Source: Eledone cirrhosa
Taxonomy: Eukaryota
DNA length: 64,000 bases
Direction: 5' to 3'
Assembly (NCBI GenBank): GCA_964016885.1
Contig: OZ024745.1
Location: 83,080,001 to 83,144,000 of the forward strand
The notes under the pieces are model-generated. The model had not been told where the DNA came from and ran no database searches. It saw nothing but the letters and a program-made list of their open reading frames with translations. This document shows positions 25,138 through 40,007 of the stretch, one piece after another. The number at the start of each line of letters is the position of its first letter. Position 1 is the first letter of the stretch. The translations under genes were made by a program, and so were the position numbers.

Positions 25138-28100
25138 TTATATATATATGGTAAGAGAGAAAGAAATAGTATTAAATATGCTCCCCGTGGTAGTAGAATA
25201 TAATTATTTCTTGTTGCTGTTGTTGTTTTAGTTAGGCTAACACATATAAGGATGCATGCATGCACAGGTAGCAGAAACAATTTCTGCATATATAAAATGA
25301 CACTCTGTAAAATACATATAAATGTGCGTGTATATTATAAAATGTTTAATTCCTTACATCTATTAATCTTTTAAATGTATTTTTCATTGTGTTAGCTAAT
25401 TAGCTTAAATAATTTGCAGACAGTATAGATTGTAATGTTACACAGGTGGGAGAAAATTGATATTATTACAGCCTCATTATTGTTCAAATGATCGATAAAT
25501 TGTAAATTTTCTATTAAAACTGATATCGCGGAAATGAAGCGTAGTGTCGTTTTAGCCTGCAACGTTATTAATTGTTAGGGGAACCTTTGGAGCCCTACTG
25601 GTAGTTAGCTGTGGATTATTTCATAGGGAGAACGTGAATGTTTTCCTTTCATTTAGTCAGTTGTTAACCCGATATTTTCCGAATACGGGACAAAGCATAT
25701 ATAGATACATTTATGCGCATGGGTACCTATCAAAAAAAATATATACGCAAATCCTTGTTAGTAAATTGACTGTTTGCTACTAGTGAAGGTGTATTTATGA
25801 GAAAAGTAATACACAATACCCCAATTCTCATTTCAATCGGTGTGTATGCGCATATGTATATGTAGAGATAACGATGATTTTATTAGCTTTATCATATGTA
25901 AACTACGTAATATGACAGCTACAGCGCAATAACGACTTTCTTTCCCATTTGGTGAGTGTTGCAATCTATGTTCGATCTCCGAATTTATTAGAGCATCCGA
26001 TTGGGTGACTTGTGGTATTTGTTACAGTTCTTTGTATTTTAATTTCATATCCCCCTTTTTGTTATTGAATAAAATGGTGATATTGAGATGCAGCTTCAGT
26101 GAAGGACGATTAAACATATGCAGATGTGTGTCAAACAAAAATTTATTGACAAGCTGTAAATAAAAAAAAATGTTATACGCGAAGTACGGAATTTTCCACG
26201 TTTAACAATGTCGGAGAACAAGGTGTCCTCGTACCGTTTCCTCTTCAAAATATTGATCAAATATCATGTGTGTGTGTGGGGGGGGGGGGGGTGTATTTCT
26301 ATGCGCATGTACGCGTGTGTGTATACATGTGCATGTGCGTGTGTTTGTGCATGTGCGTGAATGTGTGAATATCTGTAAGTTCATGTGCATGCCTATTTGT
26401 GCACGGGCATATGCGTGTGTGTATATACACACGTGCGTTCGGATGTGTGTGTGTGTGTGGGGGGGGGGGGGGTTATAGGCATATGTGTGTGTCTGTGTTT
26501 TTATAAGATGTCGGGTAAACATGTACCATTGAAATCTGATTGAATTTCCTATTGTTTGTTAAATTTCTAAATTTGTATCCATTTAATATTTTCTGACACC
26601 TTTATTGTTTAAACTTGCAATAATGGTGTTTCTAAATCCACATCTCCATTGACATTTCTGCTCTTTCCGTCTGATACATCTGCATGAAGTTTGCTCAGCT
26701 GTCAATTTGGTATTGTCTTTTGGATTTTAAAGTTTTCTAGCCGTTAGTATCAGGTGTTTGCGTACTCTTATGCTGCTAACCACTTTTGGATTATATTTAA
26801 CCATTCAGATTGATTCTCTGCGGTTGCAACGTATAATAATATGAAACACAAAACGACAATTGATAGGAAAATGATTGTCGAAAACACAACTCGTCTTTAT
26901 TTAATGTTATACTAGAGTTTACTATTATGGAAATTTGGATAGGTCGATCAAATAAGAACGAATAAGATGCTGATTGTGTAAAATATGAACTCGTCTTTTA
27001 TGTTCGTATGCCGTTTAATACATGACAACATAAAAAAATATATATTATTGCCTCTTACCAGTCATGAAATGCACACTTCTGTCTTTGTTTTGACTAAAAC
27101 ATAAATATATATGAAGAATAAAAGTGGTCAAACGTCGTGTAGGTTTGTGGCTTCCTTAATTCTTAGTTTCTGAGCTGTGAATTCATAAATTACTGTAGCT
27201 GTTGTACCCTTTAGATGTCATCTAGGATATTTTATCTGAGGAAACGTACCTAAGTAAGACACCAATAATGTTTAACTAAAAGATGCAACCTCTACATAAT
27301 CGATTGAGCTGCTAGATATGGCATCTAAATCTCATTCAAATCTCAACATTCAATGTATATGACAAATTTGATACTGTAGCAGTGAAAAGGCCAACAAAAA
27401 CGGAAGGCTCATGGTTGAAATACATTTGATCACATATGCTCGTGGTTAATATACATCAAAAGTAGTCTTTATTATATAAAGAGTAATATCTGTTTTAAAT
27501 TGGCAGTACACAGACAGTGTTTGGATAAAATGTTTCAAATCTCATCGAGCTCAATTTTGTTTTTCATCCTTTTGAGGTCGAAAAGTACCAGTCCAGTATT
27601 GGGGTTTATTCTTCCTTTATATCTCTTTCTCACTCCCTCTCGCACACTCTCTATCCTTTTCTGGACGAAATCTGCATTGTTCTGATCTGGAGAGCAGATT
27701 GGCACCATCAGGATTACAAAATATCCATATGTCACCACCAGGAGTTACGGGTACATAGATTCATCTATTCATTCATACATGCATACATATATACATACAA
27801 ACAGACATACAGACATGCATGTATTCATACAGACAGACATACACACATACATATATACATACACACACACACACAAATACAAAACATATGTACACATATA
27901 ACTCAAAACATCCACATCCACACGTGCAATAACATCCATACCTGCACACACACACATACACACACACATACATACACACACATACACACGTATGCAGACA
28001 TATCTCACTAGTTGGTGTCGTTTAACATCAACTTGTTAGATATGAAAGAGTCTAGTGTCTATATTAGAAACCGACACTCTCTCTATTGGCATGAATTTAT

Positions 28101-28399
28101 GAAATTATACAACCAGAAGAAAATACATACAATAGATGTGTAGAAGTAGCAATTTCTACGCGAACCGATGTGGTTCTGCAACAGTGTCCGTTGGCGTCCC
28201 GAATAATTGTGCGCCGCTTCAACGCTATCAGTTTCTGTTTTCAATTTCGAGGAATTTGAAATTTTATGGTATCAGGTTGGATGTTGCTGAGTTAAAATAT
28301 TTCCACAGGAAACCACTAAAGTCGAATGTATTGACTTTATCTCACCTGCACAAAATTATCATTTTGTTTAGGAAAAGGAAAATCAATATTACATGAGAT

Positions 28400-29260
28400 A
28401 TGTCTTCAGTTGAAGGCTCCTTTTACCTTGCAGCTGTATTTCGTGAAATGGCATTGGACGCAATCAGTCAATTGTTTAGTCCACGTAGGTGAAGACAGTC
28501 TTAGTATTTTGTATATATTTAGATTTAGGCTTCGAGTTTTTCAATTCCATTACAACGATAATTGAATATTTAGAAGTTTCTTCTTCCCACATATTTCTTA
28601 ATTCTACTTCTCAATGTTTTTGTTGTTACAATATGTATCAGTTTTCATGGTTTAATGCCTTAGCCTGGAGGGAATTTCGTGTCGATATATTTCCTGTTAG
28701 TTATATTCATTATTGTTGTGATCATGCAACGATATTGAAGGTCTATTCGTATGCACATACTTACAACTTAGATTTTATGAATGCATTACCAGATTTCTTT
28801 AGAAAAGTGAATGTAGCACATTCTATCGTAGAATATTTATATATTACCTAGTTTGGTGGTCCAGTAGTTTCGGTTTTCGTGGCGCCAACATCTAGCTTTG
28901 CTTTCATCTCTGAAGTTTTGATAAAATAACTACTTGTAATAGAGGTTTAGGAAGTGTAATCGATGATGTGATCATATTTTCCCTTGAACAATGCAAAACA
29001 AAAGGACAAAATGTCCGACATCGTTGTAAATTAGACAATATCAATAGATATATACATTTTATAAGCAGCGGAGCTGTATATGGTCGTACATAGGATGCAT
29101 GTCCAATATGTTCTCCAATAGTATTGAAATAGTCGGAAAAGATTTTGTGACCCCACAAAACACTTTCCATTTCCAATGTGCCATCAACAACGTTTTCAAA
29201 TACCTGTTGCAGAATAAGGAAATTATAAATCGGGTGGCACTACCAATCAAGTAAACCTAT
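28400..29260 (-). mobile_element. Possible very old CR1/Jockey-group LINE RT fragment
   Basis: Only weak motif echoes (FSDYFNTIG; PENY-like; STIECA). Confidence 0.3.
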
Positions 29261-29449
29261 TACAAGGCAAGAAAATGTGGCGTATATGACTCGGGTGAAT
29301 TGACCTCCAGACAACATGTACACTTGAGTTAAACCAGACAGCTGCCAATAGAAATTGACTTTAATAATAAAGGTTATCTTGGATATGTGTAAAGTATTCC
29401 CCCCACCAAAATTGCTGACATTTTGCCTTAATTAGGAATAATTATTTTT

Positions 29450-30660
29450 GTGGCCGTAATTGTTCCTGCTGCTGCAATGTACCCATCATTTGACCGGTAT
29501 AATTACGCTTTGCCTTGCAGAACCTCTTTTAGTTTGGTAATGCCATCCCGTCGCTTTATTGTATTTGCCTCTCTTTATCATAAGTAATCTATATTTGGAA
29601 ATAGCTAACTTCCTTTTTATATCATGTCTTAATACTCCTACTGAGCTAACAAGTGTCTCCAGTTCTCTTTCATTCTTTCCATATAATTCTAGAACATCCA
29701 TGAATAGCAGATGTTTGAATCTCTTTTGGCTTTTTTCTAAATTATATCCGAAATTATTTTCCTCAATCTAGTGACAATGGGAGTAACGCCAAGGTGATAA
29801 CAAACCCCTTGAACGATTCTCAGATTGATTCTGACTACGCCAGGTGATTGTCCCTGCTATTTATTCTGTTCTTCACTCTGTCAGTAATGGAATCCGCCAT
29901 TCTGAACATTTTGAGTGTCTTCAAAATCCATGAGTGAGTGTTCATGTCATGTTTTTTCTCGTAACTAATCTACTCTATTGTTGACACAGTACTTCTGATC
30001 TTGCAGTGTTTTGTTATCATCTTGTTTATTAACAGCTGATCTTTTGTCTCTTTTCAATTTTTTCGACATCTTTGCTATCAAAACACGTTTTGTTCCATAA
30101 GCATGCGTAAATACTTTCTGCAAACAATCCTGTTCAGAATTTTGATATTATACATAGTCTGTAGTTTAAGATCTGGAAATCTTTTGGGTTTGTCGTTCAT
30201 GCTCGTGTTTATTTTTTCCTTAGTCATCCACTTTAGGATATTTCACACCGGAGAGTAGGATTTAATAAATTCGCCAGCACCTGCCTCAGTACATCATGAA
30301 GGACTCTCGCATGCCTTCTAATTGCGTAGTTTCACAGCTTATTTTCAAAGGAGTTATTATATCAAACGGCTATTCTACTGGTCTAATTTCTTTTTTATTT
30401 TATTTTTCCTATTCACCCCGCCTCTTCCTTCTTACTAACGTTCCTGCTCCCTATATCAGTCCAACACGTTTGCCTATCTTTGTACCTGTTAGTACATCGT
30501 TTTCTTGTTCTACCACCTCTCGACTTTCAAATAATCTCGTCTGATTATTCTCGAACAGCCGCTTCAGCTGGAACTCCTCTATTCTACACTCGTACCATTT
30601 TATCTTAGCTGTTTCTACTTTCACAATTTTCTTCAGTTCTTCAAACAAAATACGTTCCAG
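29450..30660 (-). mobile_element. Old R4/Dong-like RT fragment
   Basis: MDVLELYGKNERELETLV (cf. MDDLKLY) and upstream KWYECRIEEFQLKRLFENNQTRLF. Confidence 0.65.
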
Positions 30661-32980
30661 TAATATTTATTGTGGTGAATATGTTTTCTCCTTCATCTTT
30701 ACGAAATATGGCCTGAATATATGGGCTGTGTAGGAAATAAGGTTATGTTTTCCGTGTATAACACTATAAAAAACAACAAAAATAATTTATTGTATTACCA
30801 ATCAAAATTCGTTGAAATCTAAACCCATTCTTCTACTGATTTCAGTCGTTATATTATGGTTTTGGTTACCACTTTCTAGGTCATATTCGATTACACTGCT
30901 CCCTGTAATTCTAGATGTCGAGAAATATTTATTTATCATTTCAAAATAATGAAATACAAAGTGGTTCGGGGTGGGATTTGAACTTAGAATTTAAGTGGAT
31001 GGCATTGTATTCAACATTTTCACAATTCTTCTATCCGCTCACTACATATACTGTTTTAGCATAGCATAACATCCACCCACGTAAAACCTACCAAATAATG
31101 CTGCATGATTTACCTAACTCGTTGAATAAAGCTAACACCGATAGATTGGATTACAAGAACAGGAAGTTGGTACAGGACCTGTTATGTTTCTCAATCCGTT
31201 TTATCATTTTATCATGAGAGGATATTAAGATGGTAATCAGGCACCCTACCAGTCAGTAATCAGACAATTTACTGGATCATGAAACCACAGCTTTTCCTGT
31301 TCATAACAACTAACAGAAAAAAAAAAAAAAAAAATTATTTCCATTTCATTCGTAAATGATTAATTAGCTGTGCATACAGAAGCAAGCAGAGAGATATCAA
31401 CATCATATATCAGGCGCTAGGGAATAGATTGGAAAAGTAATGTGCCGTTTTCAATTTCAAATGAAATAATTTGGTTACTTTTGTATTTTTATTGTCGACA
31501 TTCCTCTTGTTGCATGGGTTTCACATGTGATTTTACATTGTGTTCAGCAAGGCAAACGATCAAAAACACTCATCATAAAGCATACTCGTGGTCAAAACAA
31601 ATAATCATCACGCTTATATGATGCTGATTTTACACATATGTGTTTTTGTTCTCATCATGCCATTGTTGATAATACTAACAGTACAGGACCTGGCTGCTAA
31701 ATCTCTCGCTGTCGTTATTATTGTTGATGACTATGTCAGTCACGAAACATAAATTGACCGATTATATACTACGAACTAAGGAAACTCCGTTCGTATGTAT
31801 TCAATGTCTTTCTTTCTTAAATCATTAGGGTTGATCATGATTTGGTTGTTGTTATTTTCTAGCAAGATAGGTGACTACATAGAATGTATTTTGGAGGTAT
31901 GTATTTACGACATACGTATCTTATTTTTCCAACGAAGTAATTATTTAAATTGGGATTCTTTCAACATGAAGCAACTGACATAGAATCCCTCGCATGACAA
32001 GCTACTGCATATATCAACCACAACATCAAACTGCCATTCTTTTCCTGCTTCACTATATCTGCTAATATTTCCATTCAATGTAGCTATTGTACGTTACCTT
32101 AACTTAAAGAGCTTCAACTTATTTCCTATTCTCACATTCTCAATAACTATAATGTCTATCTTTTTTTGTATTCCAAGATTAAATACTGTGCATCATTTCC
32201 ATGATTTATTTTCAACGTCCTCACCGAATTTATATATTCCGCATTCCGTAAAAGTATTAAACAGTAACAATATCTAAAATGATTAATCACATTAATTTAA
32301 CTGATCCATCTAGTCACCTTAAACATTTGGTTTAAAATATTGAAATGGAACAAAAAAGTTTCGAATTTTATGAAAGTGATCATTTCTACATGGCCATAGA
32401 GTTTAGATGTTTGTGTATGTGTGTGTGGTGGTATTTTCCGACCTATCGACCGTGCAGTTGAATTCTATATATTCAAAACCGTTAAAGATAGAGCAGGTTT
32501 AATTTAATTTTGTAAATTGACTTGTAGTGTGTCTAATATGTGAGTCTATTGTCTCATGTACTCTAATGAGAATGATATTCCAACAAACAACAATCAGTCT
32601 GAATGTTTAGAGTTGACAATTATTTATGTGTAATACCATGAAACTATAATTTAGTAAGTTTTAACTCTCATCTGTGCGGTAAGCATTTTATTTAGACGTA
32701 CGAACCAACATCATTAAACAAGTGACTCAGTTTCCAGAGCAGCTCCATGGATGCAGTGGAGAGAAAGAATAAAACAGTTACTCAGCCCATACCTTGAAAC
32801 TTCAAAGTTCCATAATCCTCTTCAAAAGGTCTTCCTTTCGCCCATCAGAGAATTGTGTCAATTGTTGAGTATATACCTGATTCGGCCCTGTCCGCTGTTA
32901 GTTTGTAGGGAATTTCTGTTTTTACTTTACACTATGAGGATATGTTCATATGTTAGAAAACATTATTACTATGAATGATA

Positions 32981-34935
32981 AAGGGCGGTGAATTGGCAGT
33001 AACGGTAGAGGGTTGGACGCCATCCTTTCTAGCATAGTTACGTCCCTTTACAGTCTGAGTTCAAATCCCGCCGAGGTTAACTTTGCCTTTCATCCTTACG
33101 GAGTCGATAAAATAAAGTACCAGTAATGTACTGGGTAATTGCTGGCCTTGTGCCAAAAGTAGAAACAATTATTACTATGATGATACAAAGGGGAATAGTG
33201 TTAGAACGTTGGAAAATGGCTGAAGGTTCTGGCTCTTTGAATACTGACTCCTTTAATCCTTCCGTGATTGATAAAATAAAGTAACAGTGAAGTACTGGAG
33301 AAGATAATCGATCCTCACACAAATTTTAGCCTTGTGTCTAAATTAGAAGCGTTTATTATGATTTTAGAAATATTAATTTAATATTAGATGTTACAAATAA
33401 TCATTATTTCTTGTGTCGAGGTTGACTTTAGCTTTCATCCTTACGGGGTCCATAAAATAAAGTACCAGTAATGCAATGCACTGGGTAATTGCTGGCCTTG
33501 TACCTAAAGTAGAAACAATTATTTCTTGTAAAGGACGGTGGAGTGCCAGGATCGCTAGAGCATTGGATAATATGCTTTGCGGCATATAGTTACTTTCCTT
33601 TACGTTCTGAATTCAAATCCCACTGGGATTTCATTTGCCTTCCATCCTTACGGGATCGATAAAATAAAGTACCAGTAATGCAATAGGGTCGATTTAATCG
33701 ACTTCCCCCCCCCCCTCAAAATTGTTGGCCTTGTGTCTAAATCAGAAACCATCATTTCCAGTAAATTAGTAGACACTTGTGGAATTGGTATAGTGTTGCA
33801 GTATTTAATTACATCGTTGTATGCTCCACATGCAAATACTACCAATGTATGCTATGCCATTTATACTTCTGTTTCGATAAGATAACATATCAATGAAATA
33901 ATATTGTTTTGTTTTGTACGGTTCACCTATTAAGATTTCACCGGATAAAACCTTATAGGCATTTTCTTAGGTTTTAATGTCAGGGATTTCAGTTTTATCA
34001 TGTCACTATGTTCAGGACGACAGAGCACGGGATTTTAACTCAGGAAACAAAACCAAAGTTAGAAGCTTTTCTAACAATTCCACCAACCTAGGCATTGGGC
34101 AGGTACTTCATTTATCAACCCTGAAAAAAATGAAAGGCTAGGATGATCTAGACGGAATTTTGAACTGATTTTGTGTCTAAATTAGATAGCATTATTATTT
34201 CGTAAGGGCGGTGGATTGGCAGCATCAGTAGACGGTTGGGCGCCATTCTTTAACGCATTGAGTTACGGCCCTTGCCATTCTGAGTTCAAATCCTGCCGAG
34301 GTTAACTTTGCCTTTTATCCTTACGGGGTCGATAAAATACAGAACAAGTAATACAATGAGGTAATAGCTGGCCTTGTGCCAAAAGTAGAAACAATTATTA
34401 TTTCGTAGGGTGAATTGGGCGGTGAATTGGTAGTATCGGTAGACGGTCAGACATGCTTTCCAGCATAGTTATGTCCCCTTACGATCTGAGTTCAAATCCC
34501 GCCGAGGTTAACTTTGCCTTTCAACCATACAGGGTCGATAAAATAAAGTACCGGTAATTGCTGGCCTTGTGCCAAAAGTAGAAACAATTATTATTTCGTA
34601 GGGTAGGGCAGTGGACAACATGCTTTGCGGCATATAGTTACGGCCCTTTCAAATCCTGCCGAGCTTAGCGTTATCTTTCATCCTTATGAATAAAATAAAA
34701 GTACCAGTAACTCACTGAGTCGATCTAATTAACACCCTCTTCCACCGACAAATTGTTGACCTTTTGCCTAAATCAGAAACCATTAACTACGACTGTGTGT
34801 TTAAATATCTCTGAGGTCAACTTTGCCTTTCATCCTTGAGAAAATATAAATTGACAGTTAAGTACTGGGATTGATTTAACCGACTCCCTCATCACAAATT
34901 TGTTCGTCTTCAGCCGAAAGTAAAAATCATTATTA
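32981..34935 (+). mobile_element. Cluster of about 7-8 tRNA-derived SINE copies, mostly head-to-tail
   Basis: A-box-like TGGCAGTAACGG/TGGCAGCATCAG, B box GAGTTCAAATCC, conserved core and GGCCTTGTGCCAAAAGTAGAAAC(ATT)n tail. Near-complete copies start at ~32981, 33530, 34204 and 34415. Confidence 0.85.
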
Positions 34936-36309
34936 TTTAATTTGATGTCAATTAGTAGACTCAATAGAGAGTTAAAATAGCGGATTTCCATTAGTAATGA
35001 AGACCTGCCAAACTCTAAAAACCCAAACGGGGAGTACCATGGAAGAAAGTGCCACAAAACGGGTAGAAATGAGGCAAAATATAGAGAATTTACATAATGA
35101 AAGCTATACCCATTTTCACATAGAAGACATCTTTCACCCAACTCAAAGTGGGTGGGAGATCTTACCGTCGGACGGTAATATGTTCTTGATCTTCTTAATC
35201 AATGAAATATATCGAAATAAATTAGTAAAGCTAAGTAGATTGATTGTACCATTTACCCACATGTATAAGTTCAGATTTATGAAGACAATTATTGTTAATA
35301 ATTGTTTCTACTTTAGGCACAAGGCCAGCAATTACCCAGTACATTACTGGTAATAATGGAAAGATCATGAAATAAGCGTATCATGGAATGAAATCTGTTA
35401 GATTTATAATATCAAATTATTTATCTCCTTTTAGACATTTAGCTGCATCTAGTTTATTGTTTTTATATCAAGGTACAGAAGAGTAAATTGCTAAATATCT
35501 CCACCATTTAGCGAAATAAATATTGCTTTTCGCTATTTCCTTCGTATTTCACGACAGAATTTCTATTCAACATGACTAGTGTATGACGGTGTCAGAGGAT
35601 TGCCGTGTTACGCGTATGAAATTGCCTCTTTCACAAGAGAGGAAAGAGAATATGAATGCATCGAATATTATGATTAATTTCACAAATAGAAGCAATAATT
35701 CAACATTAATGTCAAGAACACCACCGCATTTTGCGCGAAATTTAATGACAGCGGCTTGCAAGGAATAGGTGATTTGTGATGTAGACACCTAGCTCAACGA
35801 CTTCAAAAAATAACCACTGATATGCCACTGTGATATATCAACAACAGAAATAAAAAGGACGCCAATTATATGTATATATATATATATTGGAAAATGTGTG
35901 AAATCCTTGGTACAGTTAGGCATATTTGTAAAAAGGAAAAGAATGACTTCACTTGTAGTTCTAAACAATTTGATGTATGTTTGTGTGAAAGTATGTGTGA
36001 ATGTATTTGTGCGAATTATGTCCGTGAGCGAGTATTTTTTATAAGTTTGTGTTTGCGCGATTATAGTTATATACTCAGAATAGTTATATACTCATACATA
36101 TAGTTGTATGTATGTGCACACTCATAATCTCTCTATCTCTCTCATTACACACTCTCTCTTTCTATATATATATGGTAGTTGAAGTGGTGGTGCTGGCGAC
36201 GATATACCGGAAGGGCAACTTTAAAACGAAGTAAATTTTAAATTATTTATTTTTACGAAATTATTTATGTTTACGAAATTTAGTAGATAAATTATGTAAT
36301 ATTTATTCA

Positions 36310-36418
36310 TTATTTCTTTTAATCCAGTTAGTAAAATAAGTTGGATTACTTTGAATAACGAAAGCATTCAAAGTAATCCAACTTATTAAAGGTAATCCAA
36401 CTGGATTAAAAGAAATAA
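36310..36418. repeat. Nested inverted repeat (22-bp inner and 20-bp outer arms)
   Basis: AATAAGTTGGATTACTTTGAAT / ATTCAAAGTAATCCAACTTATT; TTATTTCTTTTAATCCAGTT / AACTGGATTAAAAGAAATAA. Confidence 0.9.
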
Positions 36419-36454
36419 ACCGTACGCAGTCCCACAGACCTTTCTTTATCATAG

Positions 36455-36526
<72 letters not shown>

Positions 36527-38040
36527 GTGAATGAGCGAGAGACAGAGAAAGGGAGAGATAGAGTTAAGGAGAATAAATATATAGTATAGTTTTCCTTAAG
36601 AACAGCAACGGATTAGCTAATATAAAGTATTCAGTAATAGTAGTAATATTAAAAGAAACCAAATTGCATCCTAATAGTGTTATAATTTCATCCAAACCCC
36701 ACGCCGAACATCGGAAAACTATTGATAAGGTATCCAATCGAGAAAAACTCACCATATTGTCTTGTCAATAGAGCCAAATACTTTTCGCCGAGAAGATCTA
36801 ATAATACCGGCACTATTTTTTTTCTCCAGGCTAAAAAAACATGTTTAAAATAGCTTGTTCAATATATCGTCCAACTGTGACGATATGCATCTAACATGAA
36901 CACAAGCATCTATATAACCATATGTATATAGCTTATGGTATTTGAACACCATGTTTGTGTAAATATAGTCAAATTGAAATTATCTCAAATTACTCTAGTT
37001 GCTGCTACTGACATTTCCTAAGTGACATCTCATAAGTGCCGGACAAGATCTCTGATGCGCGACTAATTTTTAAGGGGATGTCTATATAAGTGTTGAGGCT
37101 CTTCTTGAAATTAATTAATATAACATTCGAAATAGTGATTTGCGGAAGAGGCTTGTCAAACAGCGAAGTGAGTTACTTCAATTGAATACTCAATTTCACA
37201 TCTGAAAAATAGAGTCGAATGATACTTGAGAAGAAATATGCTGCTGATAAATATTTTTATTGTGTTGAGATTATTCTATGAACAATATGTCACAAAATTT
37301 CTCACGATGAAACTCTTCTAGGATTCGTGGGTGGAGAGTGAGAGAGAGAGGGGTGAGACCAAGGGAGAGAGGCACGTAGCAACTACACATTATGTGTATA
37401 TTAGAATTAATTGACTTATACCAAATCAAATTGCAGGTATAGTTGGCCAAATATAGAATTTGGATATGCATAATAAACAGGCATTTCTTTTATCTGTAAG
37501 TATATATAACAGTTATCTCAGCTTCAAAGCAAGAACAACGAATATATTTCACTGTTTTTGAAGTTTGTCAGAGCTATATTATACAAAAGAGGTTGGGGTC
37601 CATCCTGACTGAGGAAGGATCCCGTGAGGTGGAATGAATGAGACTGTAGGTGTTACTGGCCGTTCTCCGCGGCAATGCTTTCGACACCATGTCCACGGAA
37701 CACAGCTAAGGTATACCTACTGTCCTATTATAGAGTTTGCCCCCCCCCCCCACCCGTTACACTTATTTTATTAATTTTTCTCTTCCTTTCTGTTATTTTA
37801 AGGGTAAAATTATATGATGGTAATAATCCGAAAAAGAAAGAAAAAGTATTTAACCATTACCTCTGGTGGTATTAAAGTAGATAGAACCTGTCTTCTAATT
37901 ACATACATGTATAAATACTTAGATACACACAGACTAAGTAAGAGACATAGTCACTACTTTAAAACTCATAGCGAATGGTCTTCAAAATGTTTTTAAATAA
38001 ACATACAGTTTATTATCAAATATACTATACATACATACAA

Positions 38041-38101
<61 letters not shown>

Positions 38102-38584
38102 ATTCTACTGATTTTTTTACTTTTATTTGAGTTAACTTATAGGCCTAACGAGCAGCTATGTTTGCATTACTATTGATCCATCTGGATCCTTCCACGTAGC
38201 CGTTATTTTATACGGGTTTTACTTTGTGTGATTTGACTGCATAGCAGTCGGTTGGAGCTATGTGTAAATAATAGGCTGTTTCCTACTGAAGATGAGCCTA
38301 GCATCTTCATAATCACTTTTGTCTTCATACATATCTGTTTAGGCCTTAAGAATCTGTTTCATCCTCTTCATTTAAGTTCATTACTTACCTTCCCGCTTTA
38401 TCTATATGTCTTGCTTATGTTTATGTCTACATACGCTCTTGAATACTTTTGTCTAGGTGATATTAACTGATGTGTACACTCTGATCTGTTCTTTTCGTAA
38501 CTGTTTTACCAGTGAGCAATTGCCAGACAATACTCTCGATATTATTGTGTATTGATCAAGATTATTCTTATATATATATATATA

Positions 38585-39020
38585 CTAGCAGAAGTACCCG
38601 GCGTTGCCCGGGTGTAAGTCGACCTTTGGTCTGTTGTTAAAATGTTTGAAAGTTACTTCCCGCGCATCACAGGTGCAAAAACCTTCGAACCTCAAGGAAA
38701 AAACAGAGGTTAGTATACGCAGGTGTGTAATTGAGCATAAATAATGGATCAATTGCAGGTTCAAAGTGTATCGTTGAAATTGTTCTTTGCAAGACTGACG
38801 GAAGTCAAATTCACTTGAAATTGAATTTTCAGTTGATTTATAAAGCAGGGTGAAAAAGTCGATTTTTTCAAATTTTTTTTTTTTTTACAATTTTGGCGCT
38901 CACATGTGCAGAAGAAGAAATAAAAGGGACTTTATCTGAATCGCGGCATAATGGACGATTCATTTGCGACAGTTTTCACGAAAATCGGACGTTCCTGTAC
39001 ATAATAATTCCCATCTGCAA

Positions 39021-39056
<36 letters not shown>

Positions 39057-39059
39057 TTG

Positions 39060-39090
<31 letters not shown>

Positions 39091-39125
39091 GTATATATGT
39101 ATATATATATATGTATATATATATG

Positions 39126-39182
<57 letters not shown>

Positions 39183-39341
39183 GTGTATATATATATATGT
39201 ATATATACATCTATATATATATACATATATATATATGCGCGTGTGTGTGTATGTGTATATACATATATATATATATATAGAGAGAGAGAGATTCCTGATG
39301 ATTTCTAAAGAATGAAACAGTTCTAGTCCTGTAGAATCTCA

Positions 39342-39378
<37 letters not shown>

Positions 39379-39398
39379 GTATGTATATACACATACAC

Positions 39399-39445
<47 letters not shown>

Positions 39446-40007
39446 CACACTCACATATATATATATATATACACACATATATATACACACACATATAATT
39501 ATATATATATACACACATACATATATACATGACTATATATGTGTGTTTATCTATGTATGTATTTTATCAGCAGGCAGGAGGTGTGGCTGCGTCAGTGAGG
39601 TGGAAGAGAGGGAAAGGGAGTATATACATATCTATATATGTGTGTGTTTATCTATCTATGTATTTTATCAGCCGCCAGTGAGGTGGAAGAGATGGGATTA
39701 GAGTAAGTTAGAGTTGTCGTGATTTTTGCCTCTGGTAATCGAATTATCGATTTTTCGAAAATTTAATGTAGCGCACGTTTATCCCCGGATCAAAATACAC
39801 ACTTGCGCCGAGTTTCATCGGTTTTTGAAAATATCGATTTTTGGCTTCTGGGGTCCCGATTATCGATTTTTCGAAATTTTCAAGTAGCCTATTGCACTCT
39901 ACGCGTTGAGTTTTATATATGTGTGAGGTTTCATGAAAATTGGATGAACGGTGTAGCATGCAAGTTCGACACACTAAACAATGCCCATCTTCACTTTATA
40001 TATAAGA
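38585..40007 (-). mobile_element. Non-autonomous Helitron, copy 1
   Basis: Minus strand starts TC and ends CTAG followed by T; subterminal hairpin ACCCGG-n6-CCGGGT at 38596-38613. Confidence 0.88.
39288..39340 (+). ncRNA. Type I hammerhead ribozyme motif (family B)
   Basis: GAGAUUC CUGAUGA UUUC-UAAA-GAAU GAAACAG-UUCUAGUC-CUGUA GAAUCUC; 7-bp stem I, GUA triplet, weak stem II. Confidence 0.72.

Noticed and set aside
27500-27760. Possible host exon (67-aa minus ORF)
   Set aside because: Part is a decayed SINE core; no recognisable domain or splice context.
31780-32150. Possible RTE-type endonuclease remnant on the minus strand
   Set aside because: Motif echoes too weak to call.
32981-34935. 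tRNA genes or a CRISPR-like array
   Set aside because: A/B boxes lack a cloverleaf and run into a SINE body; repeats are long, irregular and eukaryotic.
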